The translations under genes and the position numbers were made by a program. 45,930 nucleotides of DNA from Bacillota bacterium (GTDB lineage: Bacteria > Bacillota > Bacilli > Alicyclobacillales > SLC66): contig JAJZCB010000022.1 of NCBI GenBank assembly GCA_021846285.1, forward strand, positions 1 to 45,930, written 5' to 3'. Within the stretch, counting starts at the first letter, position 1; every line of letters starts with the position of its first letter. This document shows, piece after piece, positions 1 to 8,289 of this stretch. A model generated the notes under the pieces. The model did no database searches. It was not told where the DNA came from and saw only the letters and a program-made list of their open reading frames with translations.

Positions 1-595
1 CCAGGTTCCATGACAGCAAGCGCTCGCCAACCCACGCGTCAAACTCGGCCGTCCATGACTCCACGGATGTCGCATCCCAGTCCAAAGCGCGTAAATTGTG
101 CACCGTGGCGCCGCTTCCGATGATCAGATACCCCTCTGACTTCAGGACGGCCAGCGCGCGCCCTATTTGATACTGTTCGGCATTGGACAAATGGGGATTC
201 ACGGACATCTGGATGACGGGAACGCCGGCATCCGGATAGAGCATGCTCATCACAACCCACGTTCCGTGATCCATGGCGCGCAGGTCGTCCAACTCGGCGC
301 GTACGCCGTTTTTGCGCAGCAGATCCCTGATGGCACGCGCGCCGTCCGGATCGCCGCTCGCAGGGTAGGTGATCTGATACAGTTCCTCGGGCCAGCCATA
401 GAAGTCGTGCATGGTTGCGGGCCGCAACCCGGATCCCACCTGCTGCGTATCTGCCTCCCAGTGCGCCGTGAACAGCACCACGGCGCGCGGTTGTTCAAGT
501 CGCGCCGGCAACGCTTCACGCAGGAAGCGGGCATACTCGCTCTGCTCCAGCACCAACGAGGGTGCGCCGTGCGTGACAAATAACGATGGCATCAT
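1..595 (-). CDS. Extradiol ring-cleavage dioxygenase, class III (LigB/YgiD/DODA-like), N-terminal ~198 aa; 3' end lies beyond window start
   Basis: Own minus-strand translation from ATG at 595-593 (MMPSLFVTHGAPSLVLEQSEYARFLREALPARLEQPRAVVLFTAHWE...) resembles YgiD-type dioxygenase N-termini. Its ATG overlaps the TGA stop of the esterase gene (ATGA). Absent from the ORF track because the frame runs off the window edge. The track ORFs 167..583(+), 250..579(-) and 39..260(-) are other frames of this gene. Confidence 0.55.
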   Translation of the reverse strand, partial: MMPSLFVTHGAPSLVLEQSEYARFLREALPARLEQPRAVVLFTAHWEADTQQVGSGLRPATMHDFYGWPEELYQITYPASGDPDGARAIRDLLRKNGVRAELDDLRAMDHGTWVVMSMLYPDAGVPVIQMSVNPHLSNAEQYQIGRALAVLKSEGYLIIGSGATVHNLRALDWDATSVESWTAEFDAWVGERLLSWNL

Positions 596-1251
596 CGATG
601 TTCCCCTGCCTTTCCCACCTGGATTTCATACCACCGAATCAGATCCGTCCTTGTTTCCTCTGATACGTAGTGACCGTGATCATGCACGCATTGGGTGACA
701 TCCGCCCCACCCGAGCGAAACACGTCGGCATTGCGATCGGCCCATTGTACGGGAAAGACAGGATCGGCCGTACCATGGGCGATGAACACCGACATGCCGT
801 GAAGAGACTGCAGCGAATAGTCGTCAGTGACAAAACCGGGAATGTACCCACTGAGCGCCGCGAGACCGCGAATACGACTTCCCGGCAGCAAACCGAGTGT
901 CATGGCGAGAATCGAACCCTGGCTGAACCCTGCAAGAAACACCCGATTTGGATCTATGGGGTACTTGTTTACAATGTCGTGTATGGTGGCGCTAAGTCGT
1001 GCAACCGCTTCGTCAAACGAGTGGCGATGCGGTTTCCCATACCCCTCGATCGTGAAATAGGCAAACCCGGGCGGTTGCAGTAGATGACCTCTGATGCCAA
1101 AGACGTAGCTTGCTGATTCCATCCCGTCCATTACGCTCAATATGCTGCGCTCGTCACTGCCCATGCCGTGCATGCAGAGCAGGGCAGGATAGGACTGCCC
1201 CGCTCCCCGCTCCAGGGGACTGCGCACTTGGTAAAAGAGAGACTCGTTCAT
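592..1251 (-). CDS. Alpha/beta hydrolase, phospholipase/carboxylesterase family
   Basis: ORF 592..1296(-) contains the GFSQG nucleophile elbow plus conserved HG and HGxxD segments. Start taken at Met16 (ATG 1251-1249), which is preceded by AGGAGG. Confidence 0.75.
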   Translation of the reverse strand: MNESLFYQVRSPLERGAGQSYPALLCMHGMGSDERSILSVMDGMESASYVFGIRGHLLQPPGFAYFTIEGYGKPHRHSFDEAVARLSATIHDIVNKYPIDPNRVFLAGFSQGSILAMTLGLLPGSRIRGLAALSGYIPGFVTDDYSLQSLHGMSVFIAHGTADPVFPVQWADRNADVFRSGGADVTQCVHDHGHYVSEETRTDLIRWYEIQVGKAGEHR

Positions 1252-1279
1252 GCGTGCGTCCTCCTGTCTGTCGTTTGAC

Positions 1280-1669
1280 TCAACCATGCAGAACAAATTG
1301 CCCCGGTCCGGTAAGGACCAAACTGACGGCGACTGCGATCAGGACAAAGTTGTACTCGAACCCATTGGCGGTGATCCAGTAGCCGTTCTTTCCTGTCACA
1401 GTGAAGATGGCAACAAGCATGGGGATGATGATCAGCGCCGCCGCAACGGGCATAAGGAAGCCAACTCCAAGTAAAATACCGCCTGCCGCTTCACTGAGTC
1501 CCGCAAGAAATGCCATGAACACGCCGGGTTTGACGCCGATCGACTCCAACCACCCGCCTGTTCCTTTTAATCCATAGCCTCCGAACCAACCGAACAGTTT
1601 CTGTGTTCCGTGCCCGACCATGGTCAACCCGACGATGATGCGGACCACCAACAAACCCGTGCTTAGCAT
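1280..1669 (-). CDS. DoxX family membrane protein
   Basis: 129-aa polytopic membrane protein (MLSTGLLVVRIIVGLTMVGHGTQKLFG...) typical of DoxX. GGAGG ribosome-binding site upstream of ATG 1669. Confidence 0.75.
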   Translation of the reverse strand: MLSTGLLVVRIIVGLTMVGHGTQKLFGWFGGYGLKGTGGWLESIGVKPGVFMAFLAGLSEAAGGILLGVGFLMPVAAALIIIPMLVAIFTVTGKNGYWITANGFEYNFVLIAVAVSLVLTGPGQFVLHG

Positions 1670-1783
1670 GATACAATCCTCCTCTATTTACATTCATGGT
1701 TAACTCTGTCTGTCGACATTCTCATAAGCGCCATTCCCATGAATACATTTGCTCTGTATGAGAGTGTCGGCAGCCGTGAAACG

Positions 1784-2413
1784 TCAGGACAGAATACGAT
1801 ACGCCGCGCGCCAGTTGTACTGCTGGCGTTGCGAGACCTGGATCAACAAAACGGACATGTGTTCGAGCGTCCGCGCTGCGGCAAGGGAACCCGCATCGAT
1901 CGCCATAAAAGGCAGTGAGTCCACCAGTTTCAACACGGTCTGCTTCGCGTCTTCATCATCTCCCGCCACAAAGACGGTGCTTTGTTGTCCATCGAACACC
2001 GGGTTATCAAATACGGCGGCTAGTGTGTTTTTAAACGCTCCAACGACGCGGGACTCCGGCAATTGTTGCGCCGTCAGTTCAGCCGCCGACGTTCCGGGTG
2101 ACGTGGTCAGTCCATCGAACGAAGCATTCAGTGGATTGGCGATGTCAATCACAATCTTTCCCGCCAGGTACGGCCGCAGTTCCCGAAGTGTGGCGTTGTC
2201 CTGTTCAAAGGGAATGGCCAAAATGACCACATCCACGTTGCGAACGGCATCCGTGTTGCCGAGTCCGGTTACACCCCGTCCCACTTCTTCGGCCGCTTGC
2301 GCCGCACGAGACGCATCCCGCGATCCCAAATGGACGGCATACCCGGCTTCATGTAAAACTTTGGCGAGACCACGGCCCATATTTCCTGTTCCAATGACAG
2401 CAATCGTCTGCAT
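1784..2413 (-). CDS. NADP oxidoreductase, coenzyme-F420-dependent family (NpdG-like dinucleotide-binding reductase)
   Basis: MQTIAVIGTGNMGRGLAKVL Rossmann start. Start at ATG 2413 with AGGAGGG upstream; the longer track ORF start was rejected. Divergent from an HxlR regulator gene. Confidence 0.7.
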   Translation of the reverse strand: MQTIAVIGTGNMGRGLAKVLHEAGYAVHLGSRDASRAAQAAEEVGRGVTGLGNTDAVRNVDVVILAIPFEQDNATLRELRPYLAGKIVIDIANPLNASFDGLTTSPGTSAAELTAQQLPESRVVGAFKNTLAAVFDNPVFDGQQSTVFVAGDDEDAKQTVLKLVDSLPFMAIDAGSLAAARTLEHMSVLLIQVSQRQQYNWRAAYRILS

Positions 2414-2678
2414 ATGAATCCCTCCTGAATGATGGTTGTGAATCTGAAGCATTCTTGTTTCCGAAATACGTTTCGCCATCACCCCCGTTTCCGAACCATT
2501 TCGCCACGGTGACGATGCGCTGGGTTTGACACCGAACGACTCTGACCAGCCACACACTGACTTACCGTAAGTAAGTCACATTCTAAAAATAAGTCACTCG
2601 GCAATTAGAACTATAGAATATCGACTTATGTTTTGTCAAGTGCTATACTAAAATTAGTTGCTGGAAAGAAGGAGGTCT

Positions 2679-3023
2679 ATGATGAACGTGAAAATATGCC
2701 CGAAATTTGAAGCGGCCTTTACCCTGTTGGGGAAACGCTGGACCGGCTTGATCATCCGGGCGATCCTATTCGGACAGCATCGTTTTTCCGAAATCGCGCA
2801 ACTGATTCCTCTCTTGAACGACCGGATGCTGTCCAAACGACTTAGAGAGTTGGAAGCCGTCGGCATCGTCAAACGGACGGTCTATCCCGACATTCCTGTT
2901 CGGGTGGAGTATGAACTGACCGAAAAAGGGCGCGATTTGGAACCCATGATGGACGAAGTGCAACGGTGGGCAAATAAATGGTACGACGGTTTAGCGGCGA
3001 ACGGGTCCGGCACCGTACGGTAG
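2679..3023 (+). CDS. HxlR-family (MarR-like wHTH) transcriptional regulator
   Basis: KICPKFEAAFTLLGKRWTGLIIRAILFGQHRFSEIAQLIP...VEYELTEKGRDL is the HxlR signature. GGAGG 6 nt before ATG 2679. Confidence 0.8.
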   Translation: MMNVKICPKFEAAFTLLGKRWTGLIIRAILFGQHRFSEIAQLIPLLNDRMLSKRLRELEAVGIVKRTVYPDIPVRVEYELTEKGRDLEPMMDEVQRWANKWYDGLAANGSGTVR

Positions 3024-3329
3024 GAACGACAGGTCGGTTGGGTTGACAAGCTACCGTCGCATGCGTCCCGGATGACCTGCATGGCGGCGGTAGCCAGGGG
3101 GACTCAGCCGTGGCGGCGCATTCTTCGTGGCGCACGGGGCGAGCCTCTCTGGTTTCTTCGGGCAAAACCAAGGGTGGACGGCGTCTCCGCCTTGGCCCTG
3201 CTGTACTTCGTGGTCAAAGAAGGCTGGGAAGCCATTCAGGCGGCTCGCGGCGTTGCCGCCGATACCTGAAGCTGTCATTAAAATGCGCCTCGGTGAGACG
3301 CAGCTAGTACAGTGAGTGCTTGTCAGGAT

Positions 3330-3423
3330 AGACTTTCATGCTGGATTTTTTTGCGAAGCAAAATCTCACTTGCGCGCCACCAACAACCGGGAAGAAAATG
3401 CGCCTGCGGCGATTTTCCGGGAT
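3330..3423 (+). repeat. Dispersed ~90-nt repeat family R1, copy A
   Basis: agactttcatgctggatttttttgcgaagcaaaatctcacttgcgcgccaccaacaaccgggaagaaaatgcgcctgcggcgattttccggg. Near-identical to 4133-4221 and partially to 42383-42448. Substitutions between copies are not synonymous-biased, so it is taken as noncoding. Confidence 0.7.
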
Positions 3424-3439
3424 AGGGGGAGAAGCTATA

Positions 3440-3588
3440 TGCTGACGGTTCTTGGAGCAACGGTTGTCACTTTGATGATGATTTTCTATGCCCTGGAATC
3501 ACGGTCGAGATGGTTTACATTTGCGTTTGCGATATCCTGTTTGGGGTCGGCAACGTATGGATGGCTTGCGGGAACGTGGCCATTCTGA
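3440..3588 (+). CDS. Small hydrophobic membrane protein (49 aa), hypothetical
   Basis: MLTVLGATVVTLMMIFYALESRSRWFTFAFAISCLGSATYGWLAGTWPF. GGGGGAG 7 nt upstream. Lies immediately 3' of R1 copy A. Confidence 0.35.
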
Positions 3589-3765
3589 GCAGTGGAAACC
3601 GTGTGGGCTCTTGTAGCCTTCCGTAACTGACATGCCTTGGGCGTAAAATAACAAACGGATACGATGGACCGGATGGACCGATCAGAAAGAAGGCTCGCGG
3701 ATTGAGCTACCCGGAAAGACTCATTTTTCCTCCTGTTGACGGCGGCGCGCCTGCGCCATGGACAT

Positions 3766-4095
3766 CTAATCAGCGTCCAACTGACGCGAGTGATCGCCTG
3801 AAGAGGGGGTGCGTTCTCCACAATACGGACACAGACGCCACGATGATTCGAGTTTGCGTCCGCAAGCCTGGCACCGCAAAACTTCCCTTGCACTCTGAGC
3901 CATGAGACGGTATGCAGTCGTTCCGAGAACAACGACGAGGAGCATCAGCACAAGGAGAAACAGTGTCATCACCAAAGGCATCGAGAACATCATCCATCCC
4001 ATCGGGCCTCTGTTCCATGCACTGCCCGCCGCTATCAGGCACAACAGCCCTAGAAACACCAGACCACCCGCCGCAATCCATCCGCTTCGTCGCAT
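3766..4095 (-). CDS. Membrane protein with C-terminal zinc-ribbon (CQACGRK...CPYCGE)
   Basis: Start at ATG 4095 (MRRSGWIAAGG...) with GGGGGTGA upstream. The longer track start would run antisense through R1 copy B. Two TM helices followed by two CxxC pairs. Confidence 0.5.
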   Translation of the reverse strand: MRRSGWIAAGGLVFLGLLCLIAAGSAWNRGPMGWMMFSMPLVMTLFLLVLMLLVVVLGTTAYRLMAQSAREVLRCQACGRKLESSWRLCPYCGERTPSSGDHSRQLDAD

Positions 4096-4132
4096 CGCCT
4101 TCACCCCCTGATCTACGCTGTATATCCGAGCC

Positions 4133-4221
4133 AGACTTTCATGCCTGAGTTTTGCGAAGCAAAATCTCATTTACGCAGCACCAACAACCGGGAAGAAACT
4201 ACGCCTGCGCCGATTTTCAGG
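4133..4221 (+). repeat. Repeat family R1, copy B
   Basis: Direct repeat of 3330-3423 in the same orientation. Lies between the kinase-gene stop and the zinc-ribbon-gene start. Confidence 0.7.
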
Positions 4222-4238
4222 CCAGACCCGCATGATCC

Positions 4239-5309
4239 CTATTGCTGTGACCCAATCGCCTTGGCCGGAATGACGATGATCATCGTCGTTCCAGTCCCCT
4301 CCTCACTGGCTGCTTCGACGGTGCCGCCATGCAACTCAGCGATGCGTTTCACCATGGCCAACCCCAGTCCCGTTCCACCCTGCTGGCGGGAGCGGGATTT
4401 GTCCACTCGATAGAGACGCTCCCATACAAAGGGCAAGTCCGCCTGTGGGATCCCCATACCAGTGTCACGCACGGCAATCTGGATCGAGTTCCCCCTTTGC
4501 CGAATGGCGATGTTGACCTGCCCCGGCGCTGACGTATACCGAAACGCGTTGTCGAGAAGGTTAAATAACACCTGCTCCATGCGGGCGACATCGACAGCCG
4601 CCGTCAAGTCCGGTGGTGACGATACACTCAGCCCGAGGCCCTTTTCCTCCATCTTGGGTCTCATGCGCTGTGCGACGCGTATCGCCAGTTCTCCGATGTC
4701 AGCGGTTTCCCTGGTGATGCGCAGGATCCCTTCATCCGCTTGCGCTAAAGTAAATAAATCCTCGATCAGGTGCAGGACGCGGTCCGTCTCATCGCGGATA
4801 AGCCGCAGATACTCCTGCTTCTCCTCCTCTGTTCTCGCAAGTCCGTCGGCGACAACCTGACTGTATCCCCGTACATACGTGAGCGGCGTCCGCAGTTCAT
4901 GAGCCACATCAGCCAAAAATTCTTTCCGTGAAGCATCCAGTCGCTGCAAACGTCTGGCCAGTTCGTTGATGGCCTCTCCCAACCGCGCCACTTCATCGTC
5001 GCCCCGCACAGGCACACGCACATCAAGATGGCCCTGCCCGATCTCATGTGTGACATGGATCATCCGGACAAGCGGCTGAGCCAACCGCTGTGACAGGAAC
5101 ACGGTCAATCCGGTCGCCAGAAGAATGGCGCCAACCGCCGACAGAATGAGCAATAACTCGACCCGCGCCGATGTGACCTGTCCTGCGCCGCCGGACACCA
5201 GCACATGACTGATCAACTGATGCAAAGACCAGTAGAGAGCCAGAAGATCCACCGCGATCAGCCCGAGGATGGACAGACCGATCTTAATGGCGATGCTCCT
5301 GCGAATCAT
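4239..5309 (-). CDS. Sensor histidine kinase (two TM helices, HAMP, HisKA with HELRTPLT, HATPase_c)
   Basis: Classic H-box and N/G1/G2 boxes (DTGMGIP, GGTGLGLAMV). 4-nt overlap with the regulator gene. Confidence 0.85.
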   Translation of the reverse strand: MIRRSIAIKIGLSILGLIAVDLLALYWSLHQLISHVLVSGGAGQVTSARVELLLILSAVGAILLATGLTVFLSQRLAQPLVRMIHVTHEIGQGHLDVRVPVRGDDEVARLGEAINELARRLQRLDASRKEFLADVAHELRTPLTYVRGYSQVVADGLARTEEEKQEYLRLIRDETDRVLHLIEDLFTLAQADEGILRITRETADIGELAIRVAQRMRPKMEEKGLGLSVSSPPDLTAAVDVARMEQVLFNLLDNAFRYTSAPGQVNIAIRQRGNSIQIAVRDTGMGIPQADLPFVWERLYRVDKSRSRQQGGTGLGLAMVKRIAELHGGTVEAASEEGTGTTMIIVIPAKAIGSQQ

Positions 5310-5997
5310 ATCGACACCTCAAACTTGTACCCGACGCCCCAAACAGTCGCGATCGGATCGCTCTCGATTCCGGCTGACCGCAACTTCTCCCGCATGTTCT
5401 TGATGTGCGTATCGACTGTGCGAATATCGCCGTCGTATTCCACTCCCCATACCAGATCAAGCAGCTGTTCACGGGCAAATGTGTGCCCTGGCCGCTTGAC
5501 GAACAGCACCAGGATCTCAAACTCCTTGGGTGTCAGGTTCAAAGCATGGCTGCCCACAAAAGCCTCCCGATTCTCAACATCCACCCGCAGACGCAGTCCG
5601 GGAATGTCGTACATCGGTCCGTCATTGCGATACGCGCGCCGCAACAGACTCTCGACGCGCGCGGCCAGTTCCCGTCCGTCAAACGGTTTGACCAGATAGT
5701 CATCCGCACCCGCCTTGAGGCCTGCAACCTTGTGTTCCACCGCATCTCTCGCCGTCAATATAAGGATTGGAATATCCCGGTTCTGTTTGCGGATTCGTCG
5801 GCACGTCTCGATCCCATCCATCCCAGGCATCATGACATCGAGCACAACCAGATGAAACAATTCTGCATCCAGTTCTCTCAGGCAGGACAGCCCGTCTCCC
5901 GCCTCGCCCACTTCATATCCCGCTTCATTGAGATAAATCCGGATCAGGCGACGCATGGGAGCTTCGTCATCGACCGCCAGGATACGCCTTTGCATCC
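5306..5997 (-). CDS. OmpR-family response regulator
   Basis: MQRRILAVDDE receiver domain with a winged-helix C-terminus (LVWGVEYDGDIRTVDTHIKNMREKL). Internal ATG 5997-5995 is preceded by GGAGGTG. The track ORF continues upstream with no stop (see the pseudogene at 5998..6577). Confidence 0.85.
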
Positions 5998-6577
5998 CGT
6001 TCACCTCCCTTGAAAAGCCACGTCCGCGCACCCGCCGGTCGCGAAACGTGGCTTTGCGCCGTCTTCTACGAATCCGAGGAAGCGGCATCAGGATAAAGTC
6101 ATTATTGATGAACATCCTGGACATGAACGGGTAGGGCGGCAGCGTTGTGGTGACCTCAAACCCATGCATGTAGCCCCAGTCTGTATTGACGAGTGTAACA
6201 CGGACTTGTGCCTTGGACGATACCACCACCGTAGGGTTGACCAATCCATCGATCTCCCACGTCCTCTTGGGTTTCCCGTGCGGCGAAGCGAGCGCCACGA
6301 GCGTCACATTTTGACCCTTGTACGTAACGGTGTTCGTTTTGCGATTGATGATCGCACCCGCTTCACCCTGTCGAACCAGTTGACTCAGCTGCGCATTGCT
6401 GACCAGAGAGCGGTTGGCGCCCTGAGCGCCACCACCCATCATGCCGTAACCGCCCGCAATCAAACGGACGCAGTGACAATCGATGGTGGAACCCAATGTT
6501 TCAGTTTCACGATATATCCTTTCTTTCATGCAGTCATCGTACCGGGGATGTGTGAAGAAAGTATGGAGGCCAAGCAT
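5998..6577 (-). pseudogene. Truncated cupredoxin-domain paralog (fragment), in-frame with the response-regulator gene
   Basis: Residues ...TVTYKGQNVTLVALASPHGKP...NPTVVVSSKAQVRVTLVNTDWGYMHGFEV align to the central part of the cupredoxin gene 6839..7558. It lacks the signal/TM segment and the C-terminal Cys/His/Met copper ligands. No ribosome-binding site and no stop before the regulator ATG. Confidence 0.5.
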
Positions 6578-6838
6578 TTGCCGGCCACCGTCTATCTGGC
6601 TTCCTCTCTGATCTTTTTCATACGGACATCAACATTGTGTGCCAATGCCTCTCGCGCAGGATCATGGTTGAATGTCCGACGATCCGATTGCGGGCCACCT
6701 TAACCGATCCGTCCGCAGGGCGTGGTTGACGTTAAGAAACTCTCCTTCAAATAGCGTGATCAGCGATATCCATGCACAAACTTTCTACACACTTCAGATC
6801 TAAGATAAACGCATACTCAAGAAATGGGGAGATTCTGA

Positions 6839-7558
6839 ATGAGACGGAGTACGATCTTGGTTCCAACTCTGTTAGTCGGTCTTGCCATCGGAGGGCTGAC
6901 CATATCGCAAATTTTTGCCGTCACCAATTTTGGCGGCGACTCTGTATCAAACGCCCCATCGAACAACAGTGGCTGGGCTGGCATGATGGGTCAGGCAGTT
7001 GGACCAGGCGGCGCTTCCCCTACAAACGGAAGTGGCTGGGGCAACGCGATGGGTTCTATGATGACTGGTTTCTCTCGTCAAGTGGGCACCGTCAAACCGC
7101 CTTCTGCAGAACACGACATGAACGCATCTTTGCGGAACGCGACCGTCGATAAGGCCAACAACTCAATCACTTACGCAGGACAATCGGTCAAGATTGTTGC
7201 GCTCGCAGGACCGATGATGGCGGGAGCGGACGACAGGTTTGTCATCGGAGGGCTGATCAATCCCACCCTCCATGTACCTAAGGGAGCTCAGGTCGCGATC
7301 GAGTTGGTGAACGGGGATATCGGCATGCCGCACGGATTCGAGATTACGCAGGCGCAGCCACCCTATGCGTACATGTCCATGATGCAGGGCGGGATTTATC
7401 CAGGGTCGTTCATTGCACCGATTCCGGCGGCCAACAAGGACCAGTATCCGATCGCTACGACCACCTTTACTGCCAGTCAGTCGGGTAAGTACAACTACAT
7501 CTGCCAATATCCCGGCCATGCTGCACAAGGAATGTATGGGCAGATCCTCGTTGGCTGA
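6839..7558 (+). CDS. Cupredoxin (type-1 blue copper) domain protein with N-terminal signal/TM, sulfocyanin/plastocyanin-like
   Basis: C-terminal YICQYPGHAAQGMYG is the Cys-x2-His-x4-Met copper site, with an upstream HGFE. GGGGAG ribosome-binding site. Confidence 0.7.
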   Translation: MRRSTILVPTLLVGLAIGGLTISQIFAVTNFGGDSVSNAPSNNSGWAGMMGQAVGPGGASPTNGSGWGNAMGSMMTGFSRQVGTVKPPSAEHDMNASLRNATVDKANNSITYAGQSVKIVALAGPMMAGADDRFVIGGLINPTLHVPKGAQVAIELVNGDIGMPHGFEITQAQPPYAYMSMMQGGIYPGSFIAPIPAANKDQYPIATTTFTASQSGKYNYICQYPGHAAQGMYGQILVG

Positions 7559-7732
7559 CTCCGCGAGATACCCGGCTTTGTTGTGCGGCGACGTTCGTCT
7601 CCATCAGGCGCGCACTTTAGGGAGGCGAACGTCATTGAACATGTCCGACGTCTGGTCGTTTCCTGAACGGAAAGCTTTGCATGCTGAAGATGTAATTGGG
7701 AACACGAATATGGCCAAGGAGGCGAGAGAATC

Positions 7733-7981
7733 ATGATGTACGGTTTTTTTGAAAACGGCGGATGGGGGAATTATGGCTGGATCATGATGCTGGGGAGCAG
7801 CATTTTTGGGCTGTTGATACTGGCCGCGGCTGTGTGGTTGCTGGTTCGTTTATTTCAAGGACGTGCCTTCACGGGTGAAGCTCACCGGGACAACGCGCAA
7901 GAGATCCTTCGGGCCCGCTTCGCGCGGGGCGAGATCGACGAGGATGAGTTTCATTCCATGTCGGAGAAGTTGAAATCCTGA
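7733..7981 (+). CDS. SHOCT-domain small membrane protein
   Basis: TM helix followed by ILRARFARGEIDEDEFHSMSEKL, the SHOCT motif. AGGAGG ribosome-binding site. Confidence 0.7.
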   Translation: MMYGFFENGGWGNYGWIMMLGSSIFGLLILAAAVWLLVRLFQGRAFTGEAHRDNAQEILRARFARGEIDEDEFHSMSEKLKS

Positions 7982-8054
7982 AGAGGCGTGTGGCGAGTTG
8001 ATTCTTCATCCAACGCGATCTGGAAACCCTCCGGAGGTTCTACGCGCGGCGGGC

Positions 8055-8156
8055 CCTATTTGCCGACGCGACCGCCTATGGGCAATGCTTCGCGGATGCA
8101 GACTACTGGCATCCCTGCGTGTCAGAGGTGATCCGGCGCCACAACCTGCCAAGCGC
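8055..8156 (+). pseudogene. Orphan 5' fragment of an APH-family phosphotransferase gene (duplicate of 43787-43890)
   Basis: ~100 nt with ~92% identity to codons ~8-40 of gene 43767..44768 (RPLFAD.IAYGQCFADADYWHP.VSEVIRRHNLPSAG). Flanks are diverged. No ORF context. Confidence 0.55.
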
Positions 8157-8289
8157 GGGTGGAGTCCGTCTATGCCCTGCCTCAAAGGAACTGGCGACCT
8201 TTCTCAACTGACTGTCAATACAGCAACAAAGGAGCATCGAGAAGATGCTCCTCTTCGCTCTAAGGGGCAGTTTCTGCCGCGGCCTTGAA

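Noticed and set aside
39-583. Track ORFs 167..583(+), 250..579(-) and 39..260(-) as genes
   Set aside because: All are alternative frames of a high-GC region. The real gene is a minus-strand extradiol dioxygenase starting at 595 and running off the window, which the ORF track cannot show.
3024-3329. Overlapping plus-strand ORFs 3072..3269, 3110..3307, 3127..3315
   Set aside because: Mutually overlapping frames in a GC-rich spacer with no ribosome-binding sites and no domain I can recognise.
5306-6577. Single 423-aa fusion protein (cupredoxin fragment plus response regulator) as the real product
   Set aside because: An internal ATG with GGAGGTG sits exactly at the regulator domain start. The upstream part is a ligand-less, signal-less fragment of the neighbouring cupredoxin with no ribosome-binding site. 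Treated as a pseudogene plus an independent regulator.
7641-7736. 31-codon ORF (MSDVWSFPERKALHAEDVIGNTNMAKEARES) overlapping the SHOCT start
   Set aside because: The ribosome-binding-site spacing is poor (15 nt) and no conservation evidence is available.
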